Source of the DNA: Rhodospirillales bacterium
Lineage (GTDB): Bacteria > Pseudomonadota > Alphaproteobacteria > Rhodospirillales > SHVU01
Reading direction: 5' to 3'
NCBI GenBank assembly: GCA_009691105.1
Contig: SHVU01000001.1
Span: forward strand, 22,882 to 86,881
DNA length: 64,000 nt
Shown: positions 47,223 through 56,928 of the stretch, in pieces
How the letters are laid out: every line of letters begins with the position of its first letter
Position numbering within the stretch: the first letter of the stretch is position 1
Position numbers and translations under genes: made by a program
Notes under the pieces: generated by a model
Told to the model about the DNA's origin: nothing
The model's input: the letters and a program-made list of their open reading frames with translations, nothing else
Database searches by the model: none

Positions 47223-47817
47223 CGATACGCGCAACGGTTCTTCTGGCCCTGCTGATCGTCGTCGGCTCCATCCCGGCTCGGTCCGCCGACCCGCTCGTCA
47301 TCGAGCCCAACGGTGCCGCGGTGCCGTCGGGCGTGATTGCTCCGCAAGCCACGGACGAGGTGGCAACGCCCGGGCCCCAGCCGGAAGCCGACGACTTCGT
47401 GATCGGCAGGCGGACGCGCCGGTTCTGGTCTACGAGTACTCGTCCTATTTCTGCACCGACTGCCGGCGGTATCGACACGGCCAGGCATCCGCGCGTTCTG
47501 AAACGTCTCGTCGACACCGGTGCCGTCCGATTCGTCCATCGCGACATGCCGCTATCGCCGCTTGCCTTCAAGGCCGCGGTTTTGACCCTCTGCGCCGCGC
47601 CGGATCAGCGCGATCGGGTCGCGGCTTGCCTGGACGACGACGCGGCGACCCCGGCGGTGCCGACGAATTCGCCGCCGGCCAAGCTCTGTTTCGCGTCGTC
47701 AAACTGCCGACGTTCTTTTTCGTCAAGGGCGACGCCGTGGCGCGCCTTGAAGGCGTCCCGACGCTCGAAGATTTCCAAGGTGTCATTGCCGCGCTCGACA
47801 AAGCCTCTCGTCCCTAA
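47219..47817 (+). pseudogene. DsbA-like thiol:disulfide oxidoreductase with about three frameshifts
   Basis: The homology path alternates between two frames. Signal peptide plus ...DDFVIG (frame A). ADAPVLVYEYSSYFCTDCRRY with CxxC (frame B, shift near 47404). HPRVLKRLVDTGAVRFVHRDMPL...LCAAPDQ (frame A, shift near 47484). DEFAAGQALFRVVKLPTFFFVKGDAVARLEG (frame B, shift near 47640-47665). Confidence 0.6.
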
Positions 47818-47835
47818 AACCGCGAGGAGACCGTC

Positions 47836-47976
47836 ATGAACGGACCGCGCCTTTTCGGATGCCTTCTCGCCATCGGCGTCCTTATGGCTCCGACCCTCGT
47901 TGCCGCGGCCGGCGGCTGCAGCTTCTACGACAACAACGAACGGCACGCCAAAGCGCCGATCGGGGAAACGGCATAG
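47836..47976 (+). CDS. small ORF (46 aa) encoding a signal-peptide-like peptide
   Basis: Not in the track (<60 aa). GAGGAG lies 6 nt upstream of ATG 47836. MNGPRLFGCLLAIGVLMAPTLVAAAGGCSFYDNNERHAKAPIGETA, stop TAG at 47974-47976. Confidence 0.3.
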   Translation: MNGPRLFGCLLAIGVLMAPTLVAAAGGCSFYDNNERHAKAPIGETA

Positions 47977-48074
47977 GCCCTGGAAGCGGAGCGCGCGGTT
48001 CGGCAAACGGCTCGGCGGCGGGCGGCGGTGGCGGTCAGGACAAGAAAGACGGCTAGGTCCTGGGGCGGATCGGC

Positions 48075-48296
48075 ATGCCGATCGGCGATAGCACCAAATA
48101 TATCGACTACGTGTTGACCACACCGCCGGACGTGACCCGCGAGGGCCGCGCCATGGTCGATGCGTTTCGCGGCAACCTCGGTCGCCAGAACTTCGATCAA
48201 CGCGTCGTCGATCGTCAGATCACGGTCGCCAAGCCCATCGGCGGAACGACGCTCGGCTCCGGCATCGTCGCGCAGGTCTACACGGGCCGCCGCTAG
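48075..48296 (+). CDS. hypothetical protein (73 aa)
   Basis: Track ORF MPIGDSTKYIDYVLTTPPDV... with no recognisable domain. The only support is an open frame in a gap between other calls. Confidence 0.25.
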   Translation: MPIGDSTKYIDYVLTTPPDVTREGRAMVDAFRGNLGRQNFDQRVVDRQITVAKPIGGTTLGSGIVAQVYTGRR

Positions 48297-48700
48297 TAGG
48301 GCTTGTAGGACTTTTCTTCCTGGAATTCGGAACCGAGCAGCGCATTCAATTCACGCTTCAGCTCGGCGCGTCGGTCGTTGGTGCGATAGACGGCGCGAGC
48401 ATGGCGGATGAAGCTCGGCCCGAAATTGCCGCGGCGCTCGCAATCGCGGATCGCGTCTTCGGTCGTCCATAACGTCGCGTTGGCGGCCCGCAAGCGTCCG
48501 ACCAAACGTTTCGCCGCCGCCGACAAACGGAAACCCCGCTTGCGGACTTTCTCTAGCGCCGCGAGTTCGATACGGACGTTCTTCAGCTTGGCGGCGTCGC
48601 CGATCCGCTTCGCCTTGATCTCGAGAATGGTGATCTTGTCCAGAAGCTCGCCGGGCGAGATCGGGATCAGAACGGATACGCCGGATGGTTTTTTCGCCAT
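48293..48700 (-). CDS. hypothetical protein, tentatively DUF6165-like
   Basis: 135 aa. VLIPISPGELLDKITILEIKAKRI... resembles small proteins seen next to glycosyltransferase genes (recollection, unverified). Confidence 0.55.
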   Translation of the reverse strand: MAKKPSGVSVLIPISPGELLDKITILEIKAKRIGDAAKLKNVRIELAALEKVRKRGFRLSAAAKRLVGRLRAANATLWTTEDAIRDCERRGNFGPSFIRHARAVYRTNDRRAELKRELNALLGSEFQEEKSYKPY

Positions 48701-48742
48701 GGGGCCATGCCCTTATCGCGCCCTCGCGCCGGATGCAAGCGA

Positions 48743-49147
48743 TCAGCGCGCCGTCGCGTCGGGCAATCCACCGAGTGCCGCGACCCACGGCAGGCGCGAG
48801 CCTGTCCAAAGCTGGGCGTGCGGCGCCAAAGCGTCGCGCTGACGAACCGTCCCGACCCGGATCGAATAGATCGTGGGCGTTCCTTCGGCGCCAGTCGCGT
48901 AGAGCGCCGCGCCGCACTTCGGACAGAACGCCTGAGCCCGTTTCGCGCCGCTCTCGGCGGTCTTTACGTAAATGTTGGGGGTCCCGGAGAGGATTCGGAA
49001 CGTGGCTGCCGGAACCGGAACGTTGATCCGAAATGCTGAACCGGACAGCGTTTGGCAGTCGGTGCAATGGCAGATCGCGGTCTTTTCGGGATCGGCCTCG
49101 GCCTCGTAGGTGATGAAGCCGCAGTGGCAGGCGCCGTCGATTTTCAT
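48743..49147 (-). CDS. GFA-family (CENP-V/glutathione-dependent formaldehyde-activating-like) zinc protein
   Basis: MKIDGACHCGFITYEA...CHCTDCQTLSGSAF...FCPKCGAALY cysteine pattern. AAGGAG SD upstream of ATG 49147. Confidence 0.8.
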   Translation of the reverse strand: MKIDGACHCGFITYEAEADPEKTAICHCTDCQTLSGSAFRINVPVPAATFRILSGTPNIYVKTAESGAKRAQAFCPKCGAALYATGAEGTPTIYSIRVGTVRQRDALAPHAQLWTGSRLPWVAALGGLPDATAR

Positions 49148-49248
49148 GGCTCGTCTCCTTTCCCCGATCATGATCCGGCCGGCACCGGCTTGCCAGGGAA
49201 TCAGCCGGGCGGTAAGGATCGCGCCATGACGGTTCCGGGGCTTCGGCC

Positions 49249-50523
49249 GTGACCACCTGGGGCGAATCGGCCAAGGTCTATCTCGACCGCAGGGTCATCG
49301 CCGTTCTTGCGCTCGGGTTTTCGAGCGGGCTGCCGCTTCTTCTCGTCTATTCGACGTTGTCGGCCCGCCTTCAGGAAGCCGGCGTCTCGCTGACCGCGAT
49401 CGGACTCTTCAGTTGGGCGAGCACGGCGTACGCCATCAAGTTTCTCTGGGCGCCGCTTGTCGATCGTTTGCCGATTCCGTGGCTGACGCGGCGGCTCGGC
49501 CGGCGGCGTTCGTGGTTGATTGTCGCGCAGCTGGCGGTCGCGGCTACCATGCTCGGCCTTGGCTCGACTGACCCTGCCCAGAATTTAGTCCCTGTCGCCG
49601 CCTGGGCGGTGGCCCTGGCATTCGCGTCGGCAACGCAAGACATCGCCATCGACGCCTTTCGTATCGAGATCCTCGACGAGCGCAGCCAAGGTGCCGGCGC
49701 CGCCAACGTCGTCCTTGGATATCGCTTCGGCATGTTTGCAGCCGGAGCCGGCGCGCTGATCATTGCCGATCTCTATGGATGGTTCTCCGCCTACGCTGTG
49801 ATGGCGGTGCTGATGGTCGTCGGCATCGTCGCGACGTTGGGGACGCCCGAGCCGGAGCATGCCGAGGGTGCGTCGGCCGAACCGACAACGGCGGCGGCCT
49901 GGCTTGGCCGTGCCGTGGTCGCGCCGTTTGCGGATTTCGCGGCCCGTCCCGGCTGGATGGCAATTCTCGCCTTCGTGCTGTTGTACAAATACGGCGACGC
50001 TTTGCTCGGCGTGATGGCAAATCCGTTTTATCTCGCCATCGGCTTTTCGCTCACTGAGATCGGCGTCGTCAGCAAAGGCTACGGCCTTGCCATGACTTTG
50101 GTCGGCGGGATCGGCGGCGGCCTTCTGGTGGCGCGCCTCGGCATCCTGCCGGCGCTCCTCGTCTGTGGAATTCTGCAAGCCGTGTCGAACGTCGTCTTCG
50201 CCATTCAAGCGATGGTCGGCTATTCGCTGCCGATGCTGAGCGTCACCATCGCCGTCGAGAACTTGACCGGCGGCGCGGCGACAGCGGCCTTCGTCGCCTA
50301 TCTCTCCAGTCTTTGCGCGCCCAGCCACGCCGCGACGCAATACGCGTTGCTGTCGTCCTTCGCGGCGGCGGCACGGACGGTGCTCGCCTCGGGCGGCGGC
50401 TGGCTCGCCGAGGAATTGGGTTGGGTTCTGTTCTTTCTGGTGACGACGGCTGCGGCCGTGCCCGGCCTCGCGCTTCTTCTTTGGCTGATGCGCCGCGCCT
50501 CTAGCGTCCCGCCGCACCGCTAG
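49249..50523 (+). CDS. ampG: AmpG-family muropeptide MFS transporter
   Basis: 424 aa, about 12 TM. LGFSSGLPLLLVYSTLSARL, KFLWAPLVDR, RRRSWL: AmpG signatures. Confidence 0.85.
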   Translation: MTTWGESAKVYLDRRVIAVLALGFSSGLPLLLVYSTLSARLQEAGVSLTAIGLFSWASTAYAIKFLWAPLVDRLPIPWLTRRLGRRRSWLIVAQLAVAATMLGLGSTDPAQNLVPVAAWAVALAFASATQDIAIDAFRIEILDERSQGAGAANVVLGYRFGMFAAGAGALIIADLYGWFSAYAVMAVLMVVGIVATLGTPEPEHAEGASAEPTTAAAWLGRAVVAPFADFAARPGWMAILAFVLLYKYGDALLGVMANPFYLAIGFSLTEIGVVSKGYGLAMTLVGGIGGGLLVARLGILPALLVCGILQAVSNVVFAIQAMVGYSLPMLSVTIAVENLTGGAATAAFVAYLSSLCAPSHAATQYALLSSFAAAARTVLASGGGWLAEELGWVLFFLVTTAAAVPGLALLLWLMRRASSVPPHR

Positions 50524-51529
50524 CCACTGCCGCGTCGACAGCGTCGGCGACCGGGTTCAACGGAATCCAATGCAACTCGCGTCCGCCGAAATCTTGGGCG
50601 CGGATGATGGTCAGTCGATCGGTCATCGGCACGAACTTCCCGGGCTGAGTGACGCCGTAGAGGACGACGAGCGGCGCCCCGCCGATCGCCATCATGTGGG
50701 CGGCGCCGGAATCGTTGGCGGCGGCGGCGGCGACATGGCCGGCCAGGGCGATGGTCAGGAGCGGCGAATAGCAATGCGTCGTGCTGATCGCGTCGCTCTG
50801 CAAGGGAAACACCGCTTCGGGGACCGCGGCGCGAATCCGCGGCAACCAATCCAGCTCCATCGGACCGATGATGAAGGCCGGAGTCCGGCCGCGCGCCACT
50901 TGGATCCGGGCGAGCCCGAGGAAATTATCCAACGGCCAACATTTCGGCGGGCCGCCCGAGCCGGGCGCGATCGCAACATAGGTCGGACCCGGCGGCAGAA
51001 GTTGTGCGGCGAGCGCCGCCAGTTCGGGCGATGGGCGAAGATCGATCCGATCCGGTGTCGGGAATTTTTGTCCGCTCGCCAACTCGAGAAGATCGAGCAT
51101 CTGGCGGATCATACTGCGCGGCTTGGGATGATTGGGCGGCGGCCGCCGCGACGACAGCAAGAACTTCGCGGCCGGCGAAATGAACAGCTTGTGCGGGATG
51201 CGCCGCAGCGACAGCGTCGCCCAGACGATCTTCTGCGTATCGATGATGACGTCGAAGCGACGGCCGGGCAGAGCGCGACGTTTGAGGAATTCGATAGGAC
51301 GCTGGCCGATGCCGGCGCTCTCGATGACTTCGTCGAGCAGGCCTACCACTGTCGGAGCCATCCGCCCGGCGTAGAGGCTGGTGTCCTTGCCGGCGACCCA
51401 CGTGATGCGCGCTTCTGGGTACGCCGCGCGCAGGCTGAGGACAAACGGCAGCTTCAGAAGCGAATCGCCGATCCGGTCGAGGCCGACATGGACCATGACG
51501 GACCCCGGCTTTTCTTTCACGGCCGACAC
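50501..51529 (-). CDS. glycosyltransferase family 9 (LPS heptosyltransferase-like), no Cys motif
   Basis: VMVHVGLDRIGDSLLKLP, IAPGSGGPPKCWPLDNF, ANDSGAAHMMAIGGAPLVVLYG. Confidence 0.8.
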   Translation of the reverse strand: MSAVKEKPGSVMVHVGLDRIGDSLLKLPFVLSLRAAYPEARITWVAGKDTSLYAGRMAPTVVGLLDEVIESAGIGQRPIEFLKRRALPGRRFDVIIDTQKIVWATLSLRRIPHKLFISPAAKFLLSSRRPPPNHPKPRSMIRQMLDLLELASGQKFPTPDRIDLRPSPELAALAAQLLPPGPTYVAIAPGSGGPPKCWPLDNFLGLARIQVARGRTPAFIIGPMELDWLPRIRAAVPEAVFPLQSDAISTTHCYSPLLTIALAGHVAAAAANDSGAAHMMAIGGAPLVVLYGVTQPGKFVPMTDRLTIIRAQDFGGRELHWIPLNPVADAVDAAVASGAAGR

Positions 51530-51631
51530 ATCTTGCTAGATTTTTGCCATGGTGTTGGTGCAGCCTCCAGTCGCCGTAAGTAGCATGGCCGGCCAGCCGT
51601 TGCCAAATCAGGGGCCGGCCGCGGGGGAAGC

Positions 51632-52582
51632 GTGATGAAGCTTTTCGGACGCGAGGCGATCAGTGTCGCCGCGCTCGCCGTCGCCTTCGGCGTCGCGAGC
51701 ACCGCGATGGCTGCGTCCGCGCCGGAACCCTCCATCCTTTTTCCCGACGATTGGGGAACCCGGCTTCCGGGCTTGCCTGAACAACCAAGCCGGGAGGTCG
51801 CTACCTGGATCGCCGGCTGGACCGGCGATGTGACCATCGAATACGCCATCGCCCCCCAAGGCTGGGGCCCGCAGACCCCGCGCGTCGCCCGGCTCTACTC
51901 GTTTTTTCAGAAACAACTCGTCTTTAGCCAAAGCTTTCCGAGTGAAATGGCCCTGCGCGAATCCGAGGACTTGCGCCGGGTCCGCGCCGCCACCAGTCCC
52001 GCCGCCGGATCGGGGTTGCTATTTCTCTATCCGATCGAAACGGGTCGTCCGATTCAGGATTCGTTCGCGCGGCTCGCCAAAGCCAGCAGCCCGCCCACGG
52101 TGGCGATCCGTGGACGGATCGAGACCCGGACCTTGTTCGATCAGGGTCGATCCAGCGTCTTCGGTCCCAACTACATTCTGTTCAGTCCCGATGGCGAGGT
52201 CCTCGCCGACACGGTGTTTGTCGAGACCTTCAGTCGCCCGACCACGGTGGCTGCACGCCGTAGCGCCGGCGAATTTCTGAGACCGGAGCGATGGAAAAAC
52301 GTCCAGGCGGTCGGGCTGGCCTTCTCGTTCTATCCCTTGCCTGATGGAACGTTGCTCGGCGTCGATGGCGAACGACGCGTCGTCGCCCGATTCGACGCCC
52401 GACTCAGCTCGCCCTTTTTTTCCCGCGATGGATCGCTGGCCGCCATCGACGGCGCACGGTTTCGCGAATGGATCGAAGAGGCCCGGACCAAGGCCGCGCC
52501 GCGTGGCCAGTTGCCGGACGCCGATGCCGTCGATCGCTATCTCGCCCGGCAGATCATTGCCGCCGGCCAAACTCGCAAATAG
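51632..52582 (+). CDS. hypothetical secreted protein
   Basis: 316 aa. Signal peptide ...[12 protein letters not shown]|AS. No recognisable domain. The ATG at 51635 is the likely true start. Confidence 0.5.
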   Translation: MMKLFGREAISVAALAVAFGVASTAMAASAPEPSILFPDDWGTRLPGLPEQPSREVATWIAGWTGDVTIEYAIAPQGWGPQTPRVARLYSFFQKQLVFSQSFPSEMALRESEDLRRVRAATSPAAGSGLLFLYPIETGRPIQDSFARLAKASSPPTVAIRGRIETRTLFDQGRSSVFGPNYILFSPDGEVLADTVFVETFSRPTTVAARRSAGEFLRPERWKNVQAVGLAFSFYPLPDGTLLGVDGERRVVARFDARLSSPFFSRDGSLAAIDGARFREWIEEARTKAAPRGQLPDADAVDRYLARQIIAAGQTRK

Positions 52583-52583
52583 C

Positions 52584-53114
52584 ATGGCCGCCGCCCCCAC
52601 ACGAATGAGCGTGATCGAGGGCGACATTACGCGCCTTCGCCTCGATGCCATCGTCAACGCCGCGAATTTGGCGCTTCTCGGCGGCGGCGGTCTCGACGGC
52701 ACCATTCATCGCGCCGCCGGTCCGCAACTGCTGGATGAATGCCGGAAGCTCGGCGGCTGTCCGACCGGCGATGCCAAGATCACGAGGGGCTACCGGCTTC
52801 CCGCCAAACACGTCATCCATACCGTCGGTCCGGTGTGGACAGGCGGCGCGGCGGGCGAGGATCAGTTGCTCGCCAGCTGCTATCGCCGCTCGCTCGACGT
52901 CGCGGTTCGCAACCGATTGTCGTCCATCGCCTTTCCAACGATCTCGACCGGCGTCTATCGCTTTCCGGCCGATCGGGCGTCGAAAATCGCCGTCGGCGCG
53001 GTCGCGACATATCTCCGCACCGACACGACGCTCGTTACCGTGACCTTCTGTTGCTTCAGCAGCGACTCGGCCAATCTGCGCCGCGCCGAGATTGCGAAGC
53101 TCGATTTGGGCTAG
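52584..53114 (+). CDS. macro-domain protein (O-acetyl-ADP-ribose deacetylase / ADP-ribose-binding, YmdB-like)
   Basis: [37 protein letters not shown]..., [23 protein letters not shown]. Confidence 0.85.
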   Translation: MAAAPTRMSVIEGDITRLRLDAIVNAANLALLGGGGLDGTIHRAAGPQLLDECRKLGGCPTGDAKITRGYRLPAKHVIHTVGPVWTGGAAGEDQLLASCYRRSLDVAVRNRLSSIAFPTISTGVYRFPADRASKIAVGAVATYLRTDTTLVTVTFCCFSSDSANLRRAEIAKLDLG

Positions 53115-53145
53115 ACTTCATACATGGCACTGGAGGAGGGGTCGG

Positions 53146-53826
53146 ATGTACCGTGCGAAAGCGGTTCGTTGGGCTGCTCGTGTCGTCAGCGATGTATCGA
53201 TAGCGCACCGGATCGTCACCATTGGGCTGCTGTTGGGCCTCGCCTTGAACGGCCCGGCGCGTGCCGATGTCGAGCGTCTATCCCTTGAACGGATGATCGG
53301 TCCCTACACGATCCGCATCTACGATATATACGGCAAGGCCACTGATTGGAGTCCCTATGAACAGGCGCTCCGAATCCTCCGCGACGGCCAAGTGTTGGCC
53401 ACTGTCCAGAATCATCGCCTGCGCATCGAACCCTTCACGGGTGGCGAGCCGGCGGGCTATACAACGCCGCCGGTGGGTATGAACGTTACGGGCGGATCGG
53501 AGCCCAATCTCATCGTCTACCAATACACGGGCGGCGCGCATTGCTGCGACGAGGTCGATGTCTTCGAAATCGGCGCCACGGTCCGCAAATTGGGCAGCAT
53601 CTCCAGCAACGACGCGGCAGTCCTGTTTCAGGATATCGACGGAGATGGCACGATTGAGGTGATGCTGAAAGACAGCATCTTCGCCTATTGGCGCGTTAGT
53701 TTCTCCGAGTCGCCGTTGATTCGGGTCTGCGAGCGCTATGATCGGCAAGCCGGAAGCTTCGAATTCTCATCCGATCTGATGCGCAAGCTTGGTCCGTCTC
53801 CCCACGATATTCCCAAAGTCGCCTAA
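53146..53826 (+). CDS. hypothetical secreted/anchored protein (GGAHCC and DIDGDG motifs)
   Basis: Signal/anchor IVTIGLLLGLALNGPARA. YTGGAHCCDEVDVF, FQDIDGDGTIEV. The same frame stays protein-like beyond the TAA (see findings). Confidence 0.55.
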   Translation: MYRAKAVRWAARVVSDVSIAHRIVTIGLLLGLALNGPARADVERLSLERMIGPYTIRIYDIYGKATDWSPYEQALRILRDGQVLATVQNHRLRIEPFTGGEPAGYTTPPVGMNVTGGSEPNLIVYQYTGGAHCCDEVDVFEIGATVRKLGSISSNDAAVLFQDIDGDGTIEVMLKDSIFAYWRVSFSESPLIRVCERYDRQAGSFEFSSDLMRKLGPSPHDIPKVA

Positions 53827-54171
53827 CCCCTGCGTGCCAGCAATGATTGGGTGCTATCCGGCAAGCTGAGGGTTACACCGGAGCTCTGGGCGACCATGCT
53901 GGATTACATCTATTCCGGACAGATGCCGGCGTAGCGCCAGCTTATGGACCTGGCTTGGCCGGCCGGTCTTGATGGCAAGGAGGAGTTCTACGATGAACTC
54001 ACGAAATGCCAACTTCGCCATAGCCGGTACTATTCTGATATTGCGGCCTTGAACGGTCTGCCAGACGCGGAGCCCGAAGGCGACTGTCCCGGTCCGCAAT
54101 GAAACAGGCGGCTCGGTTCTAGCCGTCGCGCGGCGTTCAAACGGCCCGTCGGCTCATGTTAGGGTCGGCCC

Positions 54172-56871
54172 ATGTCGAGCCCTGATTCTGAAGCCCCGGC
54201 GCCCGCCGCGCCTTTGATTCCGGCACCGGCCGACGAAGCGGCGGTGACGCCGATGATGGCGCAATTCCTTGCCATGAAGCGGGCCCATCCCGAGGGGCTT
54301 CTCTTCTATCGGATGGGCGATTTCTACGAGCTCTTCTTCGACGACGCGGTACAGGCCGCGAGGGCTCTCGATATAGCGCTGACCAAACGCGGCAAGCATC
54401 TCGGCGCCGACATCCCGATGTGCGGCGTGCCGGCCCATTCCTACGAAGCCTATTTGGCGCGGCTCATTCGCAAAGGCTTCAAGGTCGTGATCTGCGATCA
54501 GGTCGAGGACCCGGCCGAGGCCAAGAAGCGCGGCGCCAAATCCGTTGTGAAGCGCGACGTGGTGCGGGTCGTGACCGCCGGCACGCTCACCGAAGATTCG
54601 CTGCTCGAGGCGCGCCGCCACAATTATCTCGCCGCGATTGCCGAGGCTGAGCGCGAATTGGGGCTCGCCTGGATCGACGTCTCGACTGGGGATTTCCAGA
54701 CGCAGCCGGTTAAGCCCGGCGAGTTGGGCCCCGCCTTGGCTCGGCTCGATCCCGGAGAAATTCTGATCGCCGAGCCGGTGCTGGCGCGCCCGGCGTTGTT
54801 CGAAACCTGGGCCGACTGGAAAAGCCGCCTCACACCGTTACCCGGAGCGCGGTTCGACAGCGCCAACGGCCGGCGCCGGGTCGAGACACTGTTCAACGTG
54901 GCGACGCTCGATTCCTTCGGCGCGTTTACGCGAGCTGAGATGGCCGCGGCCGGCGCCCTGGTCGACTACGTCGATCTCACTCAGAAGGGCCGGGTGCCGC
55001 GCCTTAACACGCCGCGCCGCATCCAGCCCGGATCGTTCATGGAGATCGACGCCGCGACCCGGCGCAATCTCGAACTGGTCGAAGGCGCGAACGGCGGGCG
55101 CGACGGAAGTTTGCTCGCCGTTATCGATCGCACCGAGACCGCCGGCGGGGCGCGTCTGTTGGCCGCACATCTCGCAACGCCGGTGACCGACATCGCCGTC
55201 ATCGATCGTCGGCTCGACATGGTCCAGTTCTTCGTCGATGCCACCGATGCGCGCGTCGATCTTCGCCAGATTCTTCGCCGCACCCCCGATCTCGAACGCG
55301 GTTTGGCGCGACTGACGTTGGGGCGCGGCGGGCCGCGCGATCTCGCCGCCTTGCGCGACGGGCTCGGTCTGACCGCCGACATCCGCGCCCGGCTCGCGGC
55401 GCCGCCGACGCTGGCCCCGCTGAGCGGCGTCGACGCCGCGGTACGCGGCCTCGGCCATCACGGCCCGCTCGTCGAACGCCTGGGTCGCGCTTTGGCGCCC
55501 GAACTGCCGTTGCTGGTGCGCGACGGCGGATTCATCGCGCCGGGCTACACGCCGGAACTCGACGAGCTGCGCACGCTTCGCGACGAAGGCCGGCGCCTGG
55601 TCGCCGATCTGCAGGCGCGTTACGCCGAACTGACCGGAGTCTCGGTCCTCAAGATCCGGTACAACAACGTGCTCGGCTACTATGTCGAAGTTCCCGCCAA
55701 GCAAGCGTCGCGCATCCCAACCGGTGGCGATGGCCCGTTCATTCATCGCCAGACCATGGCAGGTGCGGTCCGGTATTCCTCGGTCGAACTTGGCGATCTC
55801 GAGAGCCGCATTCTCAAGGCGACCGATCGCGCCCTGGCGCTCGAGCTGCAGTTGTTCGAAGACCTGGTGACGGACGTTCGCGGCCAGGCTGACCACATCG
55901 CCGAAGCCGCCAGGGCGCTTGCCGCGCTCGACGTCGCCGCGGCCTTGGCCGAAATCGCCGACGAGCGAAATTACGTGCGTCCGGTGCTGATCCCGGAGCC
56001 GATCTTCGAGATCGAAGGCGGCCGTCATCCCGTCGTCGAAGCGGCCTTGGCCGCCGCTGGTTCCGGCAGTTTTGTCGCCAACGATTGCCGGATGTCGGAG
56101 GCGAGCCGGCTTTGGCTCATCACCGGCCCGAACATGGCCGGTAAAAGCACGTTCCTGCGCCAGAACGCTTTGATCGCGGTGCTGGCCCAAGCCGGATCGT
56201 TCGTTCCGGCGGCGCGCGCCAAGCTTGGCGTCGTCGACAAATTGTTTTCACGTGTCGGCGCGGCCGACGATCTCGCTCGGGGTCGCTCGACGTTCATGGT
56301 CGAAATGGTCGAAACCGCGGCGATCTTGAATCAAGCCGGACCCGGGGCGCTGGTCATTCTCGACGAGATCGGTCGCGGCACCGCGACCTTCGACGGCCTA
56401 TCGATTGCCTGGGCGGTCGTCGAGCATTTGCACGAGGTCAACCGTTCGCGGGCGTTGTTCGCGACCCACTTCCATGAGCTGACGTCGTTGCGCCATCGCT
56501 TGCCGGCTCTCGCCTGCCACACCATGCGGGTCAAGGAATGGCGGGGCAAAGTCGTCTTCCTCCACGAAGTCGGGGCCGGCGTCGCCGATCGGTCCTACGG
56601 CATTCATGTCGGCGAGCTTGCCGGCTTGCCCAAGGCCGTGGTCGAACGCGCCCAGGCCGTCCTTGCCAGTCTCGAAACCGGCGAGCAATCCTCGGCTCTG
56701 ACCAATCTTGCCGATGATTTGCCTTTGTTCGCGGCCCATCAGCCATCGAAGCCGGCCGAACCGTCGGCCGTGGAAACGGCGCTTCGCGACTCGAACCCAG
56801 ACCAGCTTTCGCCCAAAGACGCGCTCGAGTTTCTCTATCGGCTGAAGGCGCTTCTCGACGGCGCGGGATAG
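54172..56871 (+). CDS. mutS: DNA mismatch repair protein MutS
   Basis: 899 aa. [18 protein letters not shown], Walker [17 protein letters not shown]. Confidence 0.97.
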   Translation: MSSPDSEAPAPAAPLIPAPADEAAVTPMMAQFLAMKRAHPEGLLFYRMGDFYELFFDDAVQAARALDIALTKRGKHLGADIPMCGVPAHSYEAYLARLIRKGFKVVICDQVEDPAEAKKRGAKSVVKRDVVRVVTAGTLTEDSLLEARRHNYLAAIAEAERELGLAWIDVSTGDFQTQPVKPGELGPALARLDPGEILIAEPVLARPALFETWADWKSRLTPLPGARFDSANGRRRVETLFNVATLDSFGAFTRAEMAAAGALVDYVDLTQKGRVPRLNTPRRIQPGSFMEIDAATRRNLELVEGANGGRDGSLLAVIDRTETAGGARLLAAHLATPVTDIAVIDRRLDMVQFFVDATDARVDLRQILRRTPDLERGLARLTLGRGGPRDLAALRDGLGLTADIRARLAAPPTLAPLSGVDAAVRGLGHHGPLVERLGRALAPELPLLVRDGGFIAPGYTPELDELRTLRDEGRRLVADLQARYAELTGVSVLKIRYNNVLGYYVEVPAKQASRIPTGGDGPFIHRQTMAGAVRYSSVELGDLESRILKATDRALALELQLFEDLVTDVRGQADHIAEAARALAALDVAAALAEIADERNYVRPVLIPEPIFEIEGGRHPVVEAALAAAGSGSFVANDCRMSEASRLWLITGPNMAGKSTFLRQNALIAVLAQAGSFVPAARAKLGVVDKLFSRVGAADDLARGRSTFMVEMVETAAILNQAGPGALVILDEIGRGTATFDGLSIAWAVVEHLHEVNRSRALFATHFHELTSLRHRLPALACHTMRVKEWRGKVVFLHEVGAGVADRSYGIHVGELAGLPKAVVERAQAVLASLETGEQSSALTNLADDLPLFAAHQPSKPAEPSAVETALRDSNPDQLSPKDALEFLYRLKALLDGAG

Positions 56872-56928
56872 CGGTCTACCGGACTATGTCCAAACAACCG
56901 GTGCGCGGTCCGGATCGCCCCGGTAAAC

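Noticed and set aside
53854-54099. 81-aa minus-strand ORF downstream of the secreted-protein gene
   Set aside because: The plus-strand frame continuing from 53146 gives a more protein-like translation across the same bases, so this was treated as a shadow ORF.
44238-54102. Calling the accessory stretch a mobile genomic island
   Set aside because: I could not find an integrase, transposase, phage gene, flanking tRNA or direct repeats, so the composition and content evidence alone does not support a mobile_element call.
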